A stretch of 64,000 nt of DNA from IMG/VR virus record IMGVR_UViG_3300037247_001786, positions 256,001 to 320,000 of that record. One strand, 5' to 3'. Below the pieces are notes generated by a model. It made no database searches and had not been told where the DNA came from. It saw nothing but the letters and a program-made list of their open reading frames with translations. This document shows positions 1-9,339 of this stretch, piece by piece (the first letter of the stretch is position 1; every line of letters begins with the position of its first letter). Source of the stretch: a virus. Lineage: Duplodnaviria > Caudoviricetes. The translations under genes and the position numbers were made by a program.

Positions 1-184
1 CAATAACGAATTAATAGTTCGTTGGAGTGAGCCGGGCTACGAACCTATAAAAGAGGCAGTCGATGATTTTGACACTATTCTCTTCGGAGGTAAAGATAAA
101 GACGATAAAAAGAAAATAGATAAAATTAAAAATATAGGTCAGAGATCTTTGGATAATATTATATTAGAATAAAAACAAGTAGTA

Positions 185-208
185 ATGTGATTAGATACTT
201 GTCATAAT
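185..208 (+). promoter_or_regulatory. Recurrent promoter motif (variant ATGTGA-N12-CATAAT)
   Basis: Intergenic, just upstream of ORF 215; same 12-nt spacing as the AAGTGA copies. Confidence 0.55.
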
Positions 209-214
209 AAGAAC

Positions 215-478
215 ATGTCGAAGTCAGAAAAAGAATTTAAAGAGTATATGCTTAAAACCATAGGTGAGATTTTAGAAGAAACCCATCAGGTAAGTGATGA
301 TAGCTGCCCTTTCTGTTGTCAACCTGAATACCCTGTTGACGAAGACGGAGAAGAAATGGGATTGGGAGAGGACTGTTCCGAAGCAGAAGAATGGCGTATA
401 GATCATTATGATGATTGTCTCATCACTATTTTAGAAAAACAACATACGAAAATTCAAAAATACGGCGTTTGGTATTAA
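215..478 (+). CDS. Hypothetical acidic protein with CPFC motif
   Basis: 87-aa ORF directly downstream of a promoter motif. Confidence 0.6.
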   Translation: MSKSEKEFKEYMLKTIGEILEETHQVSDDSCPFCCQPEYPVDEDGEEMGLGEDCSEAEEWRIDHYDDCLITILEKQHTKIQKYGVWY

Positions 479-483
479 TTCGG

Positions 484-636
484 ATGATAACTAAAAAACA
501 AGCAATAGAAGTTGCTGAAAAATCAGCTAGTAAAATACCAGATGATGATTGGTGCGACGAATGTGGATGGTTGTTTGATATGATTGTTAATGGAATTGAA
601 GATATAGAGGAAGAAAAAAATGAAAACAAAAAATAG
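484..636 (+). CDS. Hypothetical protein
   Basis: ATG at 484 chosen to avoid a long overlap with the upstream gene; overlaps the next start. Confidence 0.5.
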   Translation: MITKKQAIEVAEKSASKIPDDDWCDECGWLFDMIVNGIEDIEEEKNENKK

Positions 637-1210
637 CAAAGTAATGATTGATTTTGGACCTGCCGATGATGGTGGACTTATAAAAGGAGCAACATGTTTC
701 CTGTCAGGACCAATTGACCGGGTTGCAGATGACGGAGTCCAATGGAGAAATTACATTAAAGAACAGTCAGAGAAAAGAGATTTAGGCTTAAGTTTCTTCG
801 ACCCTTGTGATAAGCCAGAAGGTCTTGGTTCGGAAATAGGAATTGAGAAGAATAAAGTTCGAGATCTTCTTCAAGAAGGAAAATGGGAAGAGGCTCAAGA
901 TTTTGTAAAAGTATTTAGGAGATATGACCTGAGAGGAGTTGATACTAGCGATTTTCTCATAGTTAAGGTTGATATGAATGTCCACATGTGCGGAACTTAC
1001 GACGAACTCTTTACAGCGGAACGAGAGCAGAAACCTATTTTTATTATTATGGGAACTGGGCAAAAGAAGTTAGATATTCCAACTTGGTTAATCGCTTTTA
1101 TTCGTCCCGATGAAATCTTTGAGACAGAAGATGAGTGCCTCGACCACCTTGAGAAATTGAATAAAGGTGAATTGGAATTTGATAGACGTTGGGTTCCAAT
1201 AAAATATTAA
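620..1210 (+). CDS. Nucleoside 2-deoxyribosyltransferase-like (NDT/Rcl-type fold) protein
   Basis: FLSGPID...WR, FFDP, YDLRGVDTSDFLIV and GTYDELFTA motifs. Confidence 0.7.
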   Translation: MKTKNSKVMIDFGPADDGGLIKGATCFLSGPIDRVADDGVQWRNYIKEQSEKRDLGLSFFDPCDKPEGLGSEIGIEKNKVRDLLQEGKWEEAQDFVKVFRRYDLRGVDTSDFLIVKVDMNVHMCGTYDELFTAEREQKPIFIIMGTGQKKLDIPTWLIAFIRPDEIFETEDECLDHLEKLNKGELEFDRRWVPIKY

Positions 1211-1215
1211 TGGAA

Positions 1216-1239
1216 AAGTGAAATAGTTAAGAATATAAT
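1216..1239 (+). promoter_or_regulatory. Promoter motif AAGTGA-N12-TATAAT
   Basis: Exact motif in the intergenic gap before ORF 1274. Confidence 0.75.
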
Positions 1240-1273
1240 TTAAATAGTTAATTATTAATGGAGATAGTAAAAG

Positions 1274-1750
1274 ATGGCAAAAGAAAAACCGATGTATGAA
1301 TTAGTAGAAGAGTTTTCACAATTGGCTACAGGTCTTGTGGAAAAATATCCAGAAGTATTTTATGGGATAGAAGTTAATAAAATTCGTTGTGTTAAGGTAA
1401 CAAATAAAGATAGAGACGATAAGAAGCAAAGATTATATGAGGTTCAGGCCGTAAAGATGCCTGTTCTTATGGATGCTCCTTATGGATGGTATATCACCGT
1501 TTGGCATAATTTCTGGGACTCCTTTACCGAAAAACAGAAATTGTTGCTTGTTGCAGATGCCCTTCATCACATTCCTAAGAATGCAGTAGAAGATGAGGGC
1601 AAGGTTGTTCCATGTGACGTTAAGGCACATAGCACAATGGTAAGAACTTTTAAAGGCATAGACTATTTAGATGACCCTGATATGCCTCATCTTTTGAATG
1701 AAGAAGTTAAATGGATTACTAATAAATTAGATGTTGATGAACAAGAATAA
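1274..1750 (+). CDS. Phage metallopeptidase-like protein (degenerate HExxH)
   Basis: Resembles putative phage metallopeptidases, but DALHH occupies the HExxH position; GGAG RBS. Confidence 0.45.
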   Translation: MAKEKPMYELVEEFSQLATGLVEKYPEVFYGIEVNKIRCVKVTNKDRDDKKQRLYEVQAVKMPVLMDAPYGWYITVWHNFWDSFTEKQKLLLVADALHHIPKNAVEDEGKVVPCDVKAHSTMVRTFKGIDYLDDPDMPHLLNEEVKWITNKLDVDEQE

Positions 1751-1768
1751 TAAATAGGAGAATATGAT

Positions 1769-2227
1769 ATGCCATACCAATTATGTATGAGAGATGAATA
1801 CGGACAAGGGAGTATACTCTTTTCCGATAACGATTTAGATAAAGCCATTCAACACGGCAAACGATTAATAAATTCTGCGAATGTTGATAACGCTTTAACC
1901 GTTGAGGATAAAAAGCAGAATTGGGAAACTTTCATGATAGAGATAGATGTTCCTGATGATGTTCCTGGAATAGATAATCTTCCTTATACCTATGCTGGCA
2001 AGGATGGCAGAGGTGTGGATCAAGTATTTGATAGCGAGAATACAGTTACCAAGCTTTCGGAAATAGAAGAAATGGTTACTCTTAAAATGTATTTAGGCGA
2101 TCTAGATAAGAAGCCTTGGTATGCTTCGGTTCCTAGTAGAAAAGTTAGAGGAGAAGAGGATATGATAGGCTCTCTGACTCATCCTTCTTTGCAAGGAAAA
2201 AATATCATATATATTAGAAGTCTTTAG
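1769..2227 (+). CDS. Hypothetical protein
   Basis: 152-aa ORF with AGGAG RBS. Confidence 0.75.
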   Translation: MPYQLCMRDEYGQGSILFSDNDLDKAIQHGKRLINSANVDNALTVEDKKQNWETFMIEIDVPDDVPGIDNLPYTYAGKDGRGVDQVFDSENTVTKLSEIEEMVTLKMYLGDLDKKPWYASVPSRKVRGEEDMIGSLTHPSLQGKNIIYIRSL

Positions 2228-2236
2228 GAGATAGTA

Positions 2237-2443
2237 ATGTATAGGGTAGACGAATTTTTAGAATATTGTACTAGACCAAATCGAGCAAAATCTTGTTATG
2301 ATGGTAAGTGGGTTAATGCTAGACCATTACCATTCTATTATGGCATTTTAACTAAAGGGTATTGGATAGAACGAAAAAAGAGAATGAAAGACGCTAAGGC
2401 AGTTTTACAAGGTAAAGCTGTGGCGGTTACCTGGGAGGGATAA
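2237..2443 (+). CDS. Hypothetical protein
   Basis: AGGAG RBS, tight packing. Confidence 0.7.
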   Translation: MYRVDEFLEYCTRPNRAKSCYDGKWVNARPLPFYYGILTKGYWIERKKRMKDAKAVLQGKAVAVTWEG

Positions 2444-2445
2444 TA

Positions 2446-2964
2446 ATGAATCATACTAATGATTGTAATTATTGCGTAAATAAATTTAAATTTAAGTTTA
2501 AATATAGAAAATGGTCGGAAGTAACTAAAGTTCTTTACGATAAAGCAGTAACACGATTTTCTCCAATTGAAACAATTACTTTTATGTTTAAAGGTAAGTC
2601 ATGGATAATTGACTATACTTGTGGGGCAAAATTTGGTGTTGACGCCGGGGCAGTTTCTGATGATTATCTCCATCTTTATTTAACAGAACCATTAACTTAT
2701 ATGCAAGCAAAAAAGAAAAATGAATCTATGGGAAGAGATGTATGGTTAACTCCTTTTGAAGAAGTTAAATCTTTATCGCCTGATAAAGATTTAAAACGTC
2801 TTAAAACTATAAGTAAAGAAGCTGCAAAATTAGATTTACTTATAACTATAGATGATGTTTTCGGCGATAACTTACATCATTATTGTGGCATAAAGACAAT
2901 AAAAGGTAATGAGCATATTAAAATAATGCTTGAAGAAGCATATAGTTGTGGAGAAGATAAATAA
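2446..2964 (+). CDS. Hypothetical protein
   Basis: GGAGG RBS; stop overlaps the next start. Confidence 0.7.
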   Translation: MNHTNDCNYCVNKFKFKFKYRKWSEVTKVLYDKAVTRFSPIETITFMFKGKSWIIDYTCGAKFGVDAGAVSDDYLHLYLTEPLTYMQAKKKNESMGRDVWLTPFEEVKSLSPDKDLKRLKTISKEAAKLDLLITIDDVFGDNLHHYCGIKTIKGNEHIKIMLEEAYSCGEDK

Positions 2965-3638
2965 TGGCAAAAAAATTAATAGTAGGGGTATCTGGAAAAA
3001 AACAATCAGGTAAAAATACTATGTGTGATTGTTTATATAAACTTTTTACTGAAAAATATTCTCCTGAAGATGTTTCGATATTAAGTTTTGCAGATGCTCT
3101 AAAACAAAAAGTTTGTAAAGATGTCCTTGGTCTAACGGAAGAACAGGTGAATGGCACAGATGAGCAAAAGAATACTTTGACTATTTATAAGTGGGAAAAT
3201 TTACCTCATGAAATAAGGCATCATAATAAAATTGGATGCGGCTATGCTCCTAACGGAGAAGTTTGTGAGTATATAAAGCCTACAGGGTATATGACAGCAA
3301 GAGAAATTATGCAAGTTGTGGGTACAGATATTTTTAGAAATTATTTTGATGATAATATTTGGGTCAACGCTACCTTAAGAGATATAGAGAAAAGTGATGC
3401 TAAGGTTGTCTTAATTAGTGATGTTCGTTTTCCTTGTGAAGTAGAGTCTCTTATTAAAGAGGGTGGATACGTTATTAGATTATTAAGAGATGTTTGTGAG
3501 GCTGATTCTCATTCTTCAGAAGTAGCTTTAGATGATTTTAATTTTGAGAAAAAGAATTGTATTATTTTTGACAATAAAGATATGAGTATAGAGCAGCAAA
3601 ATGAAGAAACTATAAAAATTTGTAATAATTTAAAATAG
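2964..3638 (+). CDS. Deoxynucleoside monophosphate kinase (T4 gp1-like)
   Basis: GVSGKKQSGK P-loop, SFADALK, REIMQVVGTD and ISDVRFPCE. Confidence 0.85.
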   Translation: MAKKLIVGVSGKKQSGKNTMCDCLYKLFTEKYSPEDVSILSFADALKQKVCKDVLGLTEEQVNGTDEQKNTLTIYKWENLPHEIRHHNKIGCGYAPNGEVCEYIKPTGYMTAREIMQVVGTDIFRNYFDDNIWVNATLRDIEKSDAKVVLISDVRFPCEVESLIKEGGYVIRLLRDVCEADSHSSEVALDDFNFEKKNCIIFDNKDMSIEQQNEETIKICNNLK

Positions 3639-3648
3639 GAGAATAACA

Positions 3649-3897
3649 ATGTTTTTAAATGTAAAAGAATACCAAAAGGATAGAGAAGTAGTGATCAACA
3701 CAGATAATATTTCATATTTTCATGAGAATAAAGATGGTGACAATGTATATACTCACATAAATTATATTAAGGGGTCTTTTATACATGTTGAAGAGAAGTA
3801 TGATGATTTGAAATTTATACTTACAGGGGCAGATGATATGTTTTCTTATAATCTAGCAGTATTTGAAACGGAAGCAAAACACAATGAAAACAACTAG
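3649..3897 (+). CDS. Hypothetical protein
   Basis: AGGAG RBS, tight packing. Confidence 0.65.
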   Translation: MFLNVKEYQKDREVVINTDNISYFHENKDGDNVYTHINYIKGSFIHVEEKYDDLKFILTGADDMFSYNLAVFETEAKHNENN

Positions 3898-4087
3898 TTG
3901 CGATATTTGCAAAAATAAATTTTCTAAAAGAGACAATTATGTCAGTGGGTCACTTATTGTTAGGGGAAATGCTAATCGCTATGACAATGGGATTTATCGA
4001 CATATTGATGAGTTTGATGTTTGTGAAAAATGTCTTATAGTAGTTGATAAATTTATAGAAAAGTTAAAGAATGAGAAGGAGAAATAA
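3863..4087 (+). CDS. Hypothetical CxxC-containing protein
   Basis: CDIC...CEKC; start may be a few codons downstream. Confidence 0.6.
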   Translation: MKRKQNTMKTTSCDICKNKFSKRDNYVSGSLIVRGNANRYDNGIYRHIDEFDVCEKCLIVVDKFIEKLKNEKEK

Positions 4088-4090
4088 TTA

Positions 4091-5215
4091 ATGGCAACAG
4101 AAATACCATTATCAATTAAATATAGACCTCATAAGTTGTCAGAAGTTATTGGACAGCCAGTAGTAGTAAAAGCTTTTTCTAATGCTTTTAAATATAAAAC
4201 TCTTCACCACGCTTATATCCTTGCAGGAAAATTTGGGACAGGTAAAACCACTGTGGCTCGTATAGTAGCTGCTATGGAAAATTGCGTTAAAGGACCAACA
4301 CAGGAGCCATGTGGAGAATGTAAAAATTGCAAAGAGATATTCGCAGGTACATCTTTTGATATCAGAGAGATGGATGGTGCCAGTAATCGAGGCATAGATG
4401 ATATTAGACAATTGAAAAAAGAAGTTTATCAATCTCCTTTAGAATGTCGTACTAAATATATAATTATTGATGAAGCTCATTCTCTTTCTAGAGAGGGAGC
4501 AGAAGCCGCTTTAAAAATAATAGAAGAGCCACCAGAAAAAGTTCGTTTTATTTTAGCAACAACCGAGCCTCATAAAATTAAAGAGACTATTCATAGTCGT
4601 TGCATTATGTGGAAATTTAATAAAGTAGGTTGGGCGGAACTTTATACTCACTTAAAAAATATTGCTGGAAAAGAAGGATTAGAGTATGATGACGACGCGT
4701 TAAAGATATGTGCCAAGGCTTCTAAGGGAAGTGTTCGAAATGCTTTAGTTAATTTACAGACTATAATGAATTACGTTGGTGAAGATAGGATAACTACTCA
4801 GTCTGTTAAGGAGTCGCTGGGAGCTATAGATGAAAAACTTTATTTTGATTTAATGGATTCTATATCTCAGGGAGATGCTGCTAAGGCACTTTATTATATT
4901 AACTATTTGCTTATGGATGGGAAAGAGGTTGGTCTCATTATTAATGGTATCAATAACCATGTTTGTCATCTGTTAAAAGCGAGAATACTAAAAAAAGATT
5001 TATCTCAATTCTCTTTTAGCGAAGAAGAGTCAAAAAGGTATTGCGAACAATCTGATGCCATGGCCAGTGGAAAAGCTCTTTTATCCATGATGAGACATCT
5101 GCGAGAGATATCTTTTGGGATTAATTACAATTTAGATCCGCAGTCAGAATTGGAAGAATTTGCTATTAGTGCAATACAAGAAGTTAAAACTGCAAAGGCT
5201 AGAGCATCTGTTTAA
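4091..5215 (+). CDS. dnaX: DNA polymerase III subunit gamma/tau (clamp-loader ATPase)
   Basis: KYRP, GQ, GKFGTGKTT Walker A, C4 zinc module (NC...PCGECKNC), DGAS, IIDEAH, EEPP, SRC, GSVRNA. Confidence 0.93.
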   Translation: MATEIPLSIKYRPHKLSEVIGQPVVVKAFSNAFKYKTLHHAYILAGKFGTGKTTVARIVAAMENCVKGPTQEPCGECKNCKEIFAGTSFDIREMDGASNRGIDDIRQLKKEVYQSPLECRTKYIIIDEAHSLSREGAEAALKIIEEPPEKVRFILATTEPHKIKETIHSRCIMWKFNKVGWAELYTHLKNIAGKEGLEYDDDALKICAKASKGSVRNALVNLQTIMNYVGEDRITTQSVKESLGAIDEKLYFDLMDSISQGDAAKALYYINYLLMDGKEVGLIINGINNHVCHLLKARILKKDLSQFSFSEEESKRYCEQSDAMASGKALLSMMRHLREISFGINYNLDPQSELEEFAISAIQEVKTAKARASV

Positions 5216-5226
5216 TAACTAAGTGA

Positions 5227-5293
5227 TTATATATATCCTGTTATGTCGATATACAGTTAAATATCGATATAAAAAATAAGAGGGTATATATGA
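5227..5293 (+). promoter_or_regulatory. RBS- and start-codon-occluding hairpin upstream of the sigma gene
   Basis: TTATATATATCCT (5227-5239) pairs with AGGGTATATATGA (5281-5293); inner stem TCGATAT/ATATCGA. Confidence 0.65.
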
Positions 5294-6039
5294 CTAAGTC
5301 TAAAAAGACGGCGACTAAAAAGAAGAGGAAAAAAGAGATTCCTTTTAAAGATATGGATTTTCCTGATTTAGTAGACATTGTTAAAAGCAGGGGCAGGGTT
5401 GATAAGAATAAAGTTAATGCGGCGTATAACGAGATACAGTCTAGAATGAAAATAAAAATAGGCTACCTTGTGCATAAATTTTATATCCCAGGACATACGA
5501 CAGATGATGTGAATCAAGAGGCACTATTAGCATTGCGTTATAAGGCTATTCCTGATTATAAGAAAAATGTTATAGGTAAAAATGGACCTTATCCGTTTGA
5601 TAAATTTGCTGTTTTATGTATCAGAAGGCATTTGTCAACATTGTTGAAGACCTGTTATCAGAATAAACAAAAAACTTTAAATACTAGCTTATCTTTAGAT
5701 CAAGATAGAAACGAGTCATCAGAAGAAGCTCTATTCTTGGTAGATATTATTCCTAGAACAGAAGGGAATATTTTAGAAGAAATAGGGGATAAAGAATATT
5801 ATAAGTTTTTATTTAATAAGCTATATGAGAGATTGTCCAAATTTGAAAAGCAAGTATTTTTATTATATGCTCAAAAATACTCTTATGAAGAGATAGCTGT
5901 CCTTATCCATAAAAGAAATAAGAGAGATAATAAAAAAAATAAAAAGGTTAAAGATATCATAAAAAGTGTGGATAACGCACTTTCTCGGATGAAGCAGAAA
6001 GCAAAAGAAGTGTTCAAGCAGCATGGAGATGGAGAGTAG
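5290..6039 (+). CDS. RNA polymerase sigma factor, SigH (Spo0H)-like
   Basis: DDVNQEALLAL, FDKFAVLCIRRHL...LNTSLSLD, LSKFEKQVF...SYEEIA...KSVDNALSRMKQK parallel SigH regions 2 and 4. Confidence 0.85.
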   Translation: MTKSKKTATKKKRKKEIPFKDMDFPDLVDIVKSRGRVDKNKVNAAYNEIQSRMKIKIGYLVHKFYIPGHTTDDVNQEALLALRYKAIPDYKKNVIGKNGPYPFDKFAVLCIRRHLSTLLKTCYQNKQKTLNTSLSLDQDRNESSEEALFLVDIIPRTEGNILEEIGDKEYYKFLFNKLYERLSKFEKQVFLLYAQKYSYEEIAVLIHKRNKRDNKKNKKVKDIIKSVDNALSRMKQKAKEVFKQHGDGE

Positions 6040-6085
6040 GCTATAGGTTTCATATTTTCCGAAAAAGATAAATAAAGTTGTAGAA

Positions 6086-6109
6086 AAGTGAAAAGATAAA
6101 CATTATATT
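6086..6109 (+). promoter_or_regulatory. Promoter motif AAGTGA-N12-TATATT
   Basis: Intergenic, upstream of dnaN. Confidence 0.7.
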
Positions 6110-6144
6110 TGAAGAAGAACATTAAAGAATAAACAGGAGAAATT

Positions 6145-7380
6145 ATGGAATTTAATATTAATGTCACAAAATTGTTAAACTCTTTGGGTCCGGTAGCTGA
6201 TATTTCCACAAAAAATACAGTAAAAGATTTTGAAGGGTCATTCATGACATCTATTAATGTCAGAGACAATGAACTCGAATTAGTAGCTCATGGAGGAAAC
6301 GCTTGTATCATATCTAAACTTTTGAATTCAAAAATAGATAAACTAGGATACGAATGTGTTAAGGAAGGAAGTGCTGTTGTAGAAACGAAAAAGTTATTTA
6401 CGACATTGAGTTCTTTTCGACCTAATAAAGAGATATCTGTTACAATGAAGAAGGGTGAATTAGAAATAATTTGCGATAAAACAGAAGAACAGTCTTTGCC
6501 AACTTCTAAGAACAGAGTTGCCTCACCTATGTTATCTGATTCTATTTCTGTAGAGATAGATGTTAATAGAGAGATATTTATTTCTGGTATGCAGAAAGTT
6601 CATTTTTCTGTGGGTATAGAGGAATTTAGACCTCAGTATCTTTGTCAGGTATTTGACATCTCGAAAACTGGAGCGAGGTTTATAGGAGGCAATGGGGCAA
6701 GATTTGCTATTAATGAGATAACTGGTAAGGGAATTTCCACTACAGATAAAAAACAAAGAGTTATCTTTCCTAAAAATAATATTCCTAATATAATTTCTAT
6801 TCTCAAGACATCTTCCTCAGAGAAGATATCTTTAAAAGAAGGGAAAGCAACTAAAATTAATAGTGATCAAATTATTATTGAATTTGATGAAATTACTATA
6901 ATTTTATTAGGTATAGATACTAATCTTAAAACTCAATATGCCGACGTTGATAAAATTTTAGGGTTTAACCATCCTTATCAATTTAAGGTTGATCTCGACG
7001 ATTGGAAGTATCCTACAAAAGGAACAAGAGCTACATACAGCGAAGAAATGAAAAGTGCCAGTCTTGTTCATAATGCTGAAATAGAAGTAGATACAAAGAA
7101 AGACAAATTTATAGTCAAGACAGATACTAATATGAAGTCAAAAAGAACTGTCCCCGTTACAGTTATTCAATCCGGCGATGATGAAAAGGTTACTTTAAGA
7201 TGTAATTCTTTATATCTTGCAGAAATGATTAATCAGGGATACGACAGCGGCACTATGATTATGAGATTCATAGATGAAGATAAACCTATTGTTGTTGATT
7301 ATCCGGATCTTGTAGATGGAGTTAGGGATACTGTTGAGAAATACAGTATGTTTTTCACTACTTCTAGGAAGAAAAAATAG
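6145..7380 (+). CDS. dnaN: DNA polymerase III beta sliding clamp
   Basis: 411 aa with a three-domain pattern; V.FSVG.EEFRPQY, GNGARFA, YADVDKIL and NSLYL resemble beta-clamp segments; neighbours dnaX. Confidence 0.75.
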   Translation: MEFNINVTKLLNSLGPVADISTKNTVKDFEGSFMTSINVRDNELELVAHGGNACIISKLLNSKIDKLGYECVKEGSAVVETKKLFTTLSSFRPNKEISVTMKKGELEIICDKTEEQSLPTSKNRVASPMLSDSISVEIDVNREIFISGMQKVHFSVGIEEFRPQYLCQVFDISKTGARFIGGNGARFAINEITGKGISTTDKKQRVIFPKNNIPNIISILKTSSSEKISLKEGKATKINSDQIIIEFDEITIILLGIDTNLKTQYADVDKILGFNHPYQFKVDLDDWKYPTKGTRATYSEEMKSASLVHNAEIEVDTKKDKFIVKTDTNMKSKRTVPVTVIQSGDDEKVTLRCNSLYLAEMINQGYDSGTMIMRFIDEDKPIVVDYPDLVDGVRDTVEKYSMFFTTSRKKK

Positions 7381-7383
7381 CAT

Positions 7384-8541
7384 ATGAATATTAATGCTTT
7401 TATATTAATGGGAAATTGGCTGGAACGTACTTCTACTCTTGATAAGATCAAGGCATCTATGGGTGAATATGAGTTAGAAGTATATGATGAGTCTTACAGT
7501 TGGGAGTACGTCCAACAAGCCCTTTTAGAGCATTCTTGTTTTGACCAGAATAAATTAATAATCATTAATGGATTGCCTTCAGTAAAAGATAAAGATCCAT
7601 CTGCTTCTAGAACTAAAGTTCTTAATGGTTTAAAAAAGATACTTCCTATGGTTGACGGGAATACCTGTGTTGTTCTTAATGGGATAACAATAACAAGTAA
7701 GAAGTTTTTGGATGCTGTTAACGAGAAAGTACACATAAAAAGCTTTGATATAACTGTTCCCAAAAGAAACGCCCAGGGAAGTGCGGTTAAGAGATTGGTA
7801 GCTTATTTTACATCAAAAGATAAAACGATTAATGATAGTGATGCATATCTTGCAGTTGATTCTATTAATTATAATAGCAAGGATGTTAATCTTGATAAGG
7901 TTTTTCTTATGGCTAAGAAAATAGAAAATCTTGTTGGTGGACGAAAGAAAGTCACTCATGAAGATATAGTATCGATATGTTCTCTGTCTCCTGATTTTTT
8001 AATATGGAATCTTTTTAAAGCTTTAGATAATCAAGATTTTGCGGAGGCTTTAGCATTAATAGATAAGATAGCCAGCAGGAGTCTTTCTTTTGAACATGAA
8101 ATAATAATGGCTCTTAGTGTAATGATATGGAAATTTAGACAGTTACTATTTGTTCGGTCTTGTTTAGATAGCGGTTTAAAGATCAAAGATATAGAAGTCA
8201 GTTTAGGAAGGCTAGTTAAATGGAATAAAAGCGGTCAGGGGGTAAGACGACATGTAGTCCCTCAAGAGACTAAGAAGGATAAAACTCCTATCTCTATGTA
8301 TACAAAGCCATCGATAAATATGTTATTTAATAATACTTATGGAAAATCTCCGATATCTTGTTACTCACAAGAGCATCTTTTAAGAGTACTCCCTATAACC
8401 GAGATGTGTTTAAGAAAAATAAGGTCGGGATGCTCAGAAGGAGAAATAAGAATAGTATTAGAGATACTTTGCTTAGTGATTTGTAATGAAGTAGAATATA
8501 ATGTTGCAAAAGAGATTTTTAAAAGTAATTATTGTTTATAA
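7384..8541 (+). CDS. DNA polymerase III delta subunit-like (HolA)
   Basis: SCFDQNKLIIING, AKKIENL...VTHEDIVSI, IWNLFKAL..QD...AL and helical C-terminus; lies next to dnaX/dnaN. Confidence 0.6.
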   Translation: MNINAFILMGNWLERTSTLDKIKASMGEYELEVYDESYSWEYVQQALLEHSCFDQNKLIIINGLPSVKDKDPSASRTKVLNGLKKILPMVDGNTCVVLNGITITSKKFLDAVNEKVHIKSFDITVPKRNAQGSAVKRLVAYFTSKDKTINDSDAYLAVDSINYNSKDVNLDKVFLMAKKIENLVGGRKKVTHEDIVSICSLSPDFLIWNLFKALDNQDFAEALALIDKIASRSLSFEHEIIMALSVMIWKFRQLLFVRSCLDSGLKIKDIEVSLGRLVKWNKSGQGVRRHVVPQETKKDKTPISMYTKPSINMLFNNTYGKSPISCYSQEHLLRVLPITEMCLRKIRSGCSEGEIRIVLEILCLVICNEVEYNVAKEIFKSNYCL

Positions 8542-8561
8542 TAAAGTGTAGTTACAAAAGT

Positions 8562-8819
8562 ATGGATATATTTCATTTAAATAAGATAAATAAAAAGGCT
8601 TTATCTCTTAATAAAGAAATTATAATAATAACAGAGTTTTGTGAAAAATATGCTCAAGATCCATCGGAACAGAACGGTTCAATTATGATAGAGGCTATTA
8701 TTGAAGCCGATAAGAATTTAAAAGATATTAAAAAAAGTGTAGCTGATTTAGTCAATAAAGTAGATAAAGAAGTTGTAGACATCTCTAAAAAAGAGAATGG
8801 ATATATAATTAAAGATTAG
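8562..8819 (+). CDS. Hypothetical protein
   Basis: Likely ATG at 8562; helical composition. Confidence 0.55.
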   Translation: MDIFHLNKINKKALSLNKEIIIITEFCEKYAQDPSEQNGSIMIEAIIEADKNLKDIKKSVADLVNKVDKEVVDISKKENGYIIKD

Positions 8820-8832
8820 CGGAGATAAAAAA

Positions 8833-9027
8833 ATGCCAGAAAAAGAGATAGAAATAAATATTGATAAAGAAGGAAAAGTTTCTGTAGAAGCATTCGGCTT
8901 TAAAGGACATGGTTGCGAAGAATCAATTAAGTTTATAACTGAGGGTCTTGGGAGGCAAACAGAAATACATAACAAGGCTGAACATGGAGATACCCAATCA
9001 GTTGAAATAAATCAAAATATAGGTTAA
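8833..9027 (+). CDS. DUF2997-like small protein
   Basis: IEINIDKEGKVSVEAFGFKGHGCEE pattern; GGAG RBS. Confidence 0.65.
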   Translation: MPEKEIEINIDKEGKVSVEAFGFKGHGCEESIKFITEGLGRQTEIHNKAEHGDTQSVEINQNIG

Positions 9028-9039
9028 TGAGGAGATAAG

Positions 9040-9339
9040 ATGGCTTTTAAAAAAGTAACCAACTCGAAAACAGATGGAATGTATATTCTTAATAAGTCGG
9101 ATAAGGACAGATATCCTAATGGGTTTCAGTATATTATAGATTCGATAATCTATACAGTAAGGGAAGATGTAACAAAAGACGCTGGTTCAGAAATGAGAAG
9201 AGTAATTTGTTCCGATGGGGCAACTGAGATAATGACGTTAGAGACTATAGATCTAGATTTAAAAGAACCTGGTGCAGAAATACTTGATGACGGTTTGCCT
9301 AAAGAAGATAAAATAGAAGAGGGGGGAGACAGTAGATGA
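9040..9339 (+). CDS. Hypothetical protein
   Basis: GAGGAG RBS. Confidence 0.7.
   Translation: MAFKKVTNSKTDGMYILNKSDKDRYPNGFQYIIDSIIYTVREDVTKDAGSEMRRVICSDGATEIMTLETIDLDLKEPGAEILDDGLPKEDKIEEGGDSR

Noticed and set aside
5221-5244. AAGTGA copy before the sigma gene as a promoter
   Set aside because: No -10 hexamer at the 12-13 nt spacing (TGTTAT follows)
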